Below, one piece after another: positions 55,159-64,000 of a DNA stretch of 64,000 bases. Below the pieces are notes generated by a model that saw nothing but the letters and a program-made list of their open reading frames with translations, did not search any database and was not told the origin of the DNA. Made by a program: the position numbers and the translations under genes. The stretch is from the human T2T-CHM13v2.0 reference genome, Homo sapiens. The DNA lies in assembly GCF_009914755.1 (NCBI RefSeq), contig NC_060938.1. One strand, given 5' to 3'. Each line of letters starts with the position of its first letter. Position 1 is the stretch's first letter.

Positions 55159-57540
55159 GGCTGGGTGTGATGGCTGATCCCTATAATCCCAGCATTTTGG
55201 GAGGCCCGAGGCAGGAGGATTGCTTGAGGCCAGGAGTTTGCAACCAGGCTGGGCAACATAGTGAGACCCCCGTCTCTACAAAAAAAAAAAAAAAAATAGC
55301 TAGGTGATATGGTTTGGCTCTGTGTCCCCATCCAAATCTCATCTTGTAGCTCCCATAATTCCCACGTGGGAGGGACCCAGTGGGAGATGATCAAATCATG
55401 GGGGAGGGTCTTTCCCATGCTGTTCTTATGATAGTGAATGGGTCTCACGAGATCTGATGGTTTTAAAAACAAGAATTTCTCTGCACAAGCTCTCTCTTTG
55501 ACTCCTGCCATCCATGTAAGATGTGGCTTGCTCCTCTTTGTCTCCCCAGCCATGTGGAACTGTAAGTCCAATAAACCAGTTTCTTTTGTAAATTGCCCAG
55601 TCTCAAGTATGTGTTTATCAGCAGTGTGAAAACAGACTAATGCAGTAAATTGGTACCAGTAGAGTGGGGCATTGCTGAAAAGATACCCGAAAATATGGAA
55701 GCAACTTTGCAACTGGGTAACAGGCAGAGGTTGGAAAAGTTTGGACGGCTCAGAAGAAGACAGCGAAATGTGGGAAAGTTTGGAACTTCCTAGAGACTTG
55801 TTGAATGACTTTGCCCCAAATGCTGATAGTGATATGGACAATAAAGTCCAGGTTAGGGTGGTCCCAGATGGAGATGAAAAATTTGTTGGGAACTAGAGCA
55901 AAGGTGACTCTTGTTACATTTTACCAAAGAGAATGGGGGCATTTTGCCCCTGCCCTAGAGATTTGTGGAATGTTGAACTTGAGAGAGATGATTTAGGGTA
56001 TCTGGTGGAAAAAATTTCTAAGCAGCAAAGCATTCAAGAAGTGACTTGGGTGCTGTTAAAGGCATTCAGTTTTATAAGGGAAGCAGAGCATAACAGTTTG
56101 GAAAATTTGCAGCCTGACAATGAAATAGAAAAAAAAAATCCATTTTCTGAGGAGAAATTCAAGCTGGCTACAGAAATTTGCATAAGTAATGAGGAGCCCA
56201 ATATTAATCCCCAAGACAAAGGGGAAAATGTCTCCAGGGCATGTCAAGGGTCTTCACGGCAGCCCCTCCCATCACAGGCCTGGAGGTTTAGGAGAAAGAA
56301 ATGGTTGTGTGAGCCAGGCTCAGGGTCCTTCTGTTATGTGCAGCCTAGGGACTTGGTGTCCTGTGTCCCAGCTGCTCCAGCTGTGGCTGAAAGGGGCCAA
56401 CATAGAGCTCAGGCTGTGGCTTCAGAGGGTGCAAGCCTCAAGCCTTGACAAATTCCATGTGGTGTTGAGCCTGTGAGTACACAGAAGTCAAGAACTGAAG
56501 TTTGGAAACCTCTGCCTAGATTTCAGAAGATGTATGGAAATGCCTGGATACCCAGGCAGAAGTTTTCTGTAGGGGTGAGGTCCTCATGGAGAACCTCTGC
56601 TAGGCAGTGTGAAAGGGAAATGTCGGGTGGGAGCCCCCACACAGAGTCCCACCTGGGGCACCACCTAGCGGAGCTGTGAGAAGAGGGCCACCATCTTCCA
56701 GATCCCAGAATGGTAGATCCACTGACGGCTTGCACCTTGCACCTGGAAAAGCCGCAGACACTCAATGCCAGCCCATGAAAGCAGCCAGGAGAAAGGCTAT
56801 ACTCTGCAAAGCCACAGGGGTGGAGTTGCCCAAGATCATGGGAACTCACCTCTTGCATCAGCATGACCTGGATATGAGACATGGAGTCAAAGGAGATCAT
56901 TTTGGAGTTTTAAGATTTGACTGCCATGCTGGATTTTGAACTTGCATGGGGCCTGTAGCCCCTTTGTTTTGGCCAATCTCTCCCACTTGGAATGGCTGTA
57001 TTTACCCAGTGCCTGTACCCCCATTGTATCTAGGAAGTAACTAACTTGCTTCTGATTTTACAGGTTCATAAGCAAAAGGACTTGCCTTGTCTTGGATGAG
57101 ACTTTGGACTGTGGACTTCTGAGTTAATGCTGAAACGAGTTGAGACTTTGGAAGACGGTTAGGAAGGCATGATTGGTTTTGAAATGTGAAGATATGAGAT
57201 TTGGGAGGGGGCAAGGGCAGAATGATATGGCTTGGCTCTGTGTCCCCAGGCAAATCTCATCTTGTAGCTCCCCTAATTCCCACGTTGTGGGAAGGACCCG
57301 GTGGGAGATGACTGAATCATGGAGGTGGGTCTTTCCCATGCTGTTCTCATTCTAGTGAATGGGTCTCACAAGATCTGATGGTTTTAAAAACAAGAGTTTC
57401 TCTACACAAGCTATTTGCCTGCTGCCATCTGGGGAAGTTGAGGCTGCAGTGAGCTGTGATCGTGCCACTGCAGCCAGGGTGACAGAGTGAGACCCTGTTT
57501 AAAAAAAAAAAAGAAAAGAAAAGAAAAAAAAGTAAGAAAG
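55159..57540 (+). mobile_element. AluJ split by a THE1 insertion (left part 55159-55304, right part about 57430-57540)
   Basis: Left arm, A-linker and tagctagg; later gaagttgaggctgcagtgagc...gagaccctg plus A-tail. TSD aggta(c/a)agagagac at 55144-55157 and 57549-57562. Confidence 0.85.
55305..57429 (+). mobile_element. THE1 (THE1A-like) ERVL-MaLR element: 5' LTR 55305-55644, internal 55645-57222, truncated 3' LTR 57223-~57429
   Basis: Both LTRs begin tgatatgg(t/c)ttggctctgtgtcccca; the 5' LTR ends aacagactaatgca; internal ORF remnants (55933..56448 etc.) are typical THE1-int. Confidence 0.92.
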
Positions 57541-58445
57541 AGAGAGAGAGGTAAAGAGAGACATGTAGCCCTCACTACGCTCACTATGCTTGAGCACCTG
57601 GATGTAGCTATGCCTGAAGCCAGATAAACCCTGGGATTTACTGGTACATGAGCCAACTTTCCTTTTTCTGCTTAAGATAGTTTGACTTGAGCTTCCAATG
57701 TTTATGACTAAAGGAATTCCAACTATCTCTTGGTTATTTTAATAATTTATATATTAGTTTTATGATCATAAAATAAAGTTTTTAAGAGAAGAAGCCTGGC
57801 TAAAGTTTCTTTAAGTTAGTATACCTATCAATAGTATGAGGAAGCAGAAAAAGTATTGAACAGGGAAATCAGGCAACCTAGATTCTCTGCTGGACCCACA
57901 AAAATTGCTGTATGACTTTGAACAAGTTTCTTAAACTGTCTAGACTCCAATAAAATAAAGAATCAGAGTTAGTGATATCTAAGGTATCGTATAGTGCTAA
58001 AAGTCTTTGCTTCTATAAAAGAAGACCTAATTAGTCTGATATAAATTGTTCTTAACCAAGACTTTTTATAGAAATGTTAAGAATAAAGACTAATAATTTA
58101 AAACATGTCAAGCACTTATAATAAAACCCTTTAAATTGACAACTTACATATGAGACGTCCTCATATATACATGCAAAATATTCATTGCATCACTCACTGG
58201 TTAAATTGGAAAATTTAGAAACAAAAATTGAGAACAGCCCGGTTAGACAAATTCATACAATGGAATATTATGTAATTACAAAAACGAAATGAAGAAACTT
58301 TATATTTTGCTGTGGACAATATCTAAGGCACATTTTTAATTGAAAAGTGCAAAATCCAAAGTGGTTGTGCTGTGTAAAAAGAGGAGGGAAAGTCAGATAG
58401 ATTTAATTCCTGGTGCATGCATGGATTATCTCTTGAAAGAATCTC

Positions 58446-58476
<31 letters not shown>

Positions 58477-58564
58477 CTACCACTGATTACCTTTGGAGAG
58501 ACTGGGTCTTATTTTTCATGATACAGTATATCCTTTTATCTTTTGAATGTCAAAATATGTGACT

Positions 58565-58877
58565 GCCAGGCACAGTAGCTCCTGCCTGTAATCTTAGCAC
58601 TCTGGGAGACCGAGGCAGGAGGATTATCTGAAGCCAGGAGTTTAAGACTAGCCTGGGTAGCATAGTGAGACCCTGTCTCTACAGAAAAGACAAAATTAGC
58701 CAGACATGGTGGCATGCACTTGTAGTCCCCACACACTGAGGAGGCCAAGGTGGAAGGAGTGCTTGAGCTCAGGAGTTGGAGGCTATAGTGAGCTCATTGC
58801 AACTACTGCACACCAGACTGGGCAACAGAGCGTGACCCTACCCTCTAAACAAAAATTAAAAAATAAAATTAAAAAAA
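58565..58877 (+). mobile_element. Alu (J-like, diverged)
   Basis: Dimeric Alu. Confidence 0.88.
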
Positions 58878-59014
58878 CTGTACATGTAACTGTATTACCT
58901 ACTCAAAGTCAAATAAATTTTGGAAGTTTTTAATTTAAAAATTACATAAGGCTTTTTTGGTACTTATGGTCATGTCAGGGTGACATGTAGCCTAGCTACC
59001 TGTAAGTCTTCGAG

Positions 59015-59495
59015 ACCAGCATTTCTCACACTTCATCGTGCATTCTGAGGATGCACTCCAGGGGATCGTGATAAAATGCAGGTTCTGATGCAGCAGGTCT
59101 GGAGCAAGGACCAAGCTTCTGCACGTCTGACAAGCTCCAGGTGATGCTGCCGCTGCAGGCCAGGACCGCACTTTGAATGTAGGTCTAGAACCACACTGAT
59201 CAATACGGTCACCACTAGCCACCTGTGGCTACTGAGTGCTTGAAATGTGGCTAGTCCAAAAAGAGATGTGGGGATGTGTAAAATACACAATGGAATTGAA
59301 AAAGAGTATCAAAAAAGATCATAAATGATTTTATATCGATGACATGCTGAAATGATGTTTTTGATATGTTGGGTTAAATGGAATATATTATTGAAATTCA
59401 TTTCCCCTGTTTCTTTTTCCTTTTTTTAATGTAACCACTAGACAAAGTAAAACAACACACATGGCTTGCATTATATTTCTATTGCATCATGCTGT
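59015..59495. mobile_element. Adjacent MER5-type and MER3-type DNA transposon relics
   Basis: cagcatttctcaca...gaccgcactttgaa followed by cactagccacctgtggctactgagtgcttgaaatgtggctagt. Confidence 0.65.
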
Positions 59496-60025
59496 CTAGG
59501 AGAACCTGATCTCCTACAACCTGCAACAAGGCAGGGGTTGGGACAACCTTGTCATCACCCTGGAGTATTTGCAAGGGTCTGTAAATTGGTATAAGGACAC
59601 TGGAGACTTGGGAGAGAGCACATTGAAGAATCTGGCACCCACTCACCCCTAACAAATAAAACTTCTATTTAAGTGAAATACGGATTGAAGCGAACAATCA
59701 AAGCAGTCGTAACCCTGGAACTGTAGGTAGAGCTTTTGCAGAGCAGAGTCAGCCTAAGGGACCAGTGTTGCAAGGAAGGAGTGAGGTACCTTTGCCAGGC
59801 AGCCAGGCTTGACAGTCTGCAATGCTGTGGTGACAGTGGGAGGAAGTATGTCAACTCTACTTGCACCACTGAACAGCACTGTCCCTACCACCCTGAGTCA
59901 CATCCCAGCCTGGCACCCTCAAAAACAAAGATGCGTTTAAAGCTAAGGGCCTGGGGTAATCACTTGGCTTGCTGCAACACAGACACAGGTCTGAAGACAG
60001 CCAAATAGTCAGAAGTGTAATATTA

Positions 60026-60337
<312 letters not shown>

Positions 60338-60918
60338 TTAGTATAGACATAACGCCACCAATTCCTTCTGTGTGGCCACAGAGCAATCTGCATCACACGG
60401 GTAAATTGTAATCTCAAACTCTTCCATCCTCATCCAAGGTAAGTGCAATTTTTAGTGAATTGGCCCCTTTTTGTGTAAGATGCTCCAAAGCTCATACAGG
60501 GTAAGGGGTAGAGGGTCCACGGTGTATTATCTTCTCCTTAGAAACATACAAACTGGGCCAAGATTTCTTTACTTGAGGCCACAAGAAAAGTATCACATGA
60601 CCCGAAAGAGCTGCAAATCCTTCAGTTCTGTTGGGAAATTCATCCTGCACCTGGGCTGGGGTGCAGCCTTTCTTTCCTCCCTGGGGTGGCAAAGGGAAGG
60701 CATGAGACACCCAGAGGGGAGAAAAGCTCAGGTGGACACGTGGTCATGTTTCTACTCAGCAGGCACAGAGGTGCACCCTTAAGCATGATGTGGGCATGTT
60801 CCCTCTCCCAGAAAACTTAGCTCTATGGACAAAGGAGCAAACCAACCTTGTCCTGGGCCCAGCCCAGTCCTCCCACCTTTCCCATCACAGACCCAGCCAA
60901 GCTCCAGAGGGCACTGAC

Positions 60919-61026
60919 CAGGTTTTATCTCCAGCAGCCGCAGTTTTGGATCTTCAGGTGGGTGCAATCGTCTCTTCTTGCGCCAGCAGCGGGCAGGGTA
61001 TGTATACAGCTGGCCCGGGGCAAGGC
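60919..61026 (-). CDS. DPF3: DPF3 coding exon (exon 3; end of Requiem/d4 N-terminal domain), 108 nt, phase 1-1
   Basis: Minus strand: ctctgtccacag|GCCTTGCCCCGG...GAGATAAAACCTG|gtcagt. Encodes (G)[35 protein letters not shown](E), recognised DPF3 sequence, and is embedded in ORF 60779..61105. Confidence 0.97.
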
Positions 61027-64000
61027 CTGTGGACAGAGACAATATAAAGATTAAAGGCTCCAGGCTGGAAGGGGCCTTGGAAACTACCCTGACTAACCCC
61101 GTCATTCACAAGGAGAGGAAGCTGAAGCCCAGAGAGAAGTGACTTGTCAACATCACAAAGCTGATTGCTAGTGGTGGCAAGGCTGAATCTAGGTCATCTG
61201 ACCCCAGGACCCTGGCTCTGTCAGCTCCACCATGCTGTTCAGCAAGCCCATGCCAACGAGAGCCATTGCCTTCACCAAAACCAATTCTGCTCTCCTGCCT
61301 GGAGAGATCACCAACTGGACCTTCAGACAAGAAGGACCTTTGCAGTGTCTCCAAAGCAGTGGATCTCTATCCACTGCCCCTCTATCCTGATCCAGGTTAA
61401 GCAGGTTCCCTTCAAAACGGAGCAGCAGTCAGTTGGCCTACTGTATGGACAGCCTGGGTTGAGAAGCATCGCAAAGAGACAGAACCAAAAACACTAGATC
61501 TACTCAAAGGCGTCTCCCACCCACTCCCAGCTGCTGGCAGCTCACTGTAGGCAAATGGAGGCTTGTGTAGCCCCCATGAGAACATAAACCCACTCTGGTG
61601 ACCAGGCCACATGACCTGCAGAGCCCGCACACCTCTATATCCCCGCCTACATGCCTGGGCCTTACAAAAAAAAAAAAATAGGCAGGAGGCCAGGGGCTGG
61701 GCTTACGTGCCACCCTGTGTGTGTGGCCTTTGACACCAACAGCATCACTGTCATGCCAAGCACCATGAGGAGCCTTCCTGCTCACCCGACAACAATTGTG
61801 TGTGGCTCTGGTGGCAGCCACGGGCCTTAGAGGAACAGGGACTTCTCCATGCCAGGTCACAGACTATTCCCAGGGAAATGGGGCGGGGAAGAGGCTGAGG
61901 GGTGAGGAGGCAGGTATTTGAGACTGGCTAGGTAATTTTCAGACTGGCTAGGTGATTTGTAGTCCTGAAGAGAGTGTCTGATACCCCCCATAATAAACCA
62001 GCAAGCCAACAAATCCCTAATAGGAAGAAAAGCCTAATGAAGACAGGGACTTTTTTGTCTTGTTCTTGTCAGAAGCCCCAGAATCAGAACTGTGCCTGAC
62101 ACAGAGCAGAACCAAACTAAATACTCATTGAATTAATGAATGAATATATTGCAGCTTCCTTTAAAATCACAACTCTGTCTTCTGCAGGTAAATGTGGCAC
62201 ATGGCAGCTGTTGGACGCAGGCGGCCTACCACAAAAGTGTCACTGTGCACACCTAGGACCATGGATTCAGAAAACATCAGCACCTGATTCCCATCTGCCG
62301 TCTTCCATTTTAGGGCCCTTAAAAGTTAAGAAAGGAAACTGGCTTCATTTTTCACCTTTGCAGAGAAAATCTATGTAACTTTCATTGCTATATACTCATT
62401 CATTCATTTTCATTTTTACCAGTCAACTCTACCCATTTATTGGGATGGGGCCAAAACAAAGTCAATTATCCCAGCATTAAAGGAACCAAAATACTCAGGT
62501 CTCTTTATGTTTAATCACACAGCTGCTCCACAGGTCACAAGATTGTGAACAAGTTGGAGGTTCTGACCACCCCACCCCTTTGGTTCTTAGAAACTAGAAC
62601 TGACCTGGACTCAGAAATGTCAGAATTGAATGACCATTGGCCCTGCTGTTCCTGGCTCCAGGGGACTCATCCACCCAGATCCAAAGCATCCAAGAGGGAC
62701 TCCAGAAGTGGAGGCCCAGGCCTGAGGCCAGAGCCCCCTGCACCCCCTCTCCCACCATGGCCATCTCTGGGCCTTAGGTTTCCTTCGTTCCCCAGTGGCT
62801 GCTTTACGGTGCTTCCAACCTAATCAAACACAGGTAAGTAAGAGTGAGCTGGCCCCCACCAGCACCCTCCAAAGGTCTACGTGGCAAGAGTGCAAAAGTG
62901 TCCACACTTGTCCAGGTCCTACACCCTCCCTGAGACAGCAGTCACTGTGCTTGGTGGTCAGCGGTACCAGAGAAGCCCCAGGCCACTCTGCTTGGAGCTT
63001 TAGACCCATTCTTCTGGGAGAATTCATTTTAGCAACTAGTTTGAATCTCCAGAAGAAGGGGCTGTTTTTGTTCCATTCTTTCTCTGCTGGATTGGAGACA
63101 CTCTGCAGTGCAAAGGAAGAGCACGTGAGTCCTGGGAAGCATCCTAACACCTTTCTGAGCCTATTGCCTCACCTGTAAGATAAGGGCATTGATAACATTA
63201 ATACCTACCTCCTGGGGCTGTTATGGGGATTTGCTTATATTCAAGAGAAAGCTCTCTATATCCACAAAGATGACAAATGTCAGTTGTTAATTGTCATGAG
63301 TTAGCTGACCTAGTCTTGGACTCCACACTCATGCAACATGACAGACCCCCTGCCCCATCCACCATGCTGCCACTTGGTTCTTTAGCCATGAAGGTGGAAA
63401 CAGGCTTCTTTTTGATGTCTGCTTTGAATCCACCTCATCACAACAAGCAAATGGTCGCAAGAGCTCTCTTGGAGCTCCCTGGCCCCTTCCTTGCCCTCCT
63501 CAACAGGCTGACAGGCACCAGGGTTCCTTTATAGGAAAAACACGTTCAGCCCTGGAGTTCCACTTACAGAGGGAAGAGCAGGGCCCCATGAGACTTATGT
63601 TGTTTATCTCAGAACAGGAGGCAGATAACTCAAAGCATGTGTGTGTGTGCATATGTGTGCGTGCATGTGCATGTGTGGTAGATGGAGGTGGGGAAGGAGG
63701 ATGGAGTCACAGCTGCTGTCAGGGAAATTAACCTTGGGGAGTGAGCCTAGGGCTGGGGAGGGGACATGAAGGAGGGGAAACAAGTGGCCAAAGACAAGAG
63801 GGGAAACCAGTCCTCCCTGGTAACCAAGGCCACTGCCACCCCTCACTTCACATACCCCACTGAGCAAACTACTTTTCTGTTACTTTGAGCTGCAACTCGA
63901 GCTACAACATTCCTGCCCATGTGTAAGCACAAATGTGATGCACAAAGACACACACACACAATCAAAAACTCACACACTTGCTGGGAGAACTGGCTCCATG

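Larger units (their letters stand above)
54940..57725 (+). mobile_element. MLT1-type LTR split by a nested Alu and THE1 (LTR pieces about 54940-55157 and 57563-57725)
   Basis: ctggagctgctggcagcc before the insert; cttgagcacctggatgtagctatgcctgaagcc...catgagccaa...tttctgcttaag after it. Confidence 0.6.

Noticed and set aside
55672-56939. Several + strand ORFs (e.g. 55933..56448, 171 aa)
   Set aside because: Fragmented THE1-internal reading frame, not a host gene.
58446-58472. Isolated long poly(A) after atctc, possible orphan retro-insertion
   Set aside because: No element body or TSD is visible; it sits in an old L1 relic and is most likely a homopolymer expansion.
61921-61958. 20-bp direct repeat agactggctaggt(a/g)attt
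   Set aside because: Only two copies; ordinary slippage duplication, not an array.

Overview
Primate (very probably human) genomic DNA from inside the DPF3 (BAF45C/CERD4) gene, a d4-family subunit of the BAF/SWI-SNF chromatin-remodelling complex, on the minus strand. Five constitutive coding exons, by my numbering exons 3-7 (about aa 65-248), can be read with GT-AG boundaries and consistent phases: 61026-60919, 39588-39461, 31382-31287, 22138-22060 and 859-722. The promoter/first exons and the PHD-finger exons lie outside the window. The rest is intron filled with Alu, L1, L2, MIR, MaLR (THE1, MLT1) and DNA-transposon relics, and almost all ORF-track entries are spurious. The most interesting signal is a compact isoform-switch module about 350-500 nt downstream of exon 6. 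It has a 42-nt in-frame cassette exon (KSYKQKHNSKPSDK) that would split the two Cys of the C2H2 finger. It is followed 70 nt later by a strong acceptor opening a short in-frame terminal exon (..RASYESFYDDDLL*) whose stop codon overlaps an AATAAA, predicting a DPF3 lacking all zinc fingers. A second in-frame 39-nt cassette candidate lies in intron 5. Repeat subfamily names and most repeat edges come from visual recognition and are approximate.
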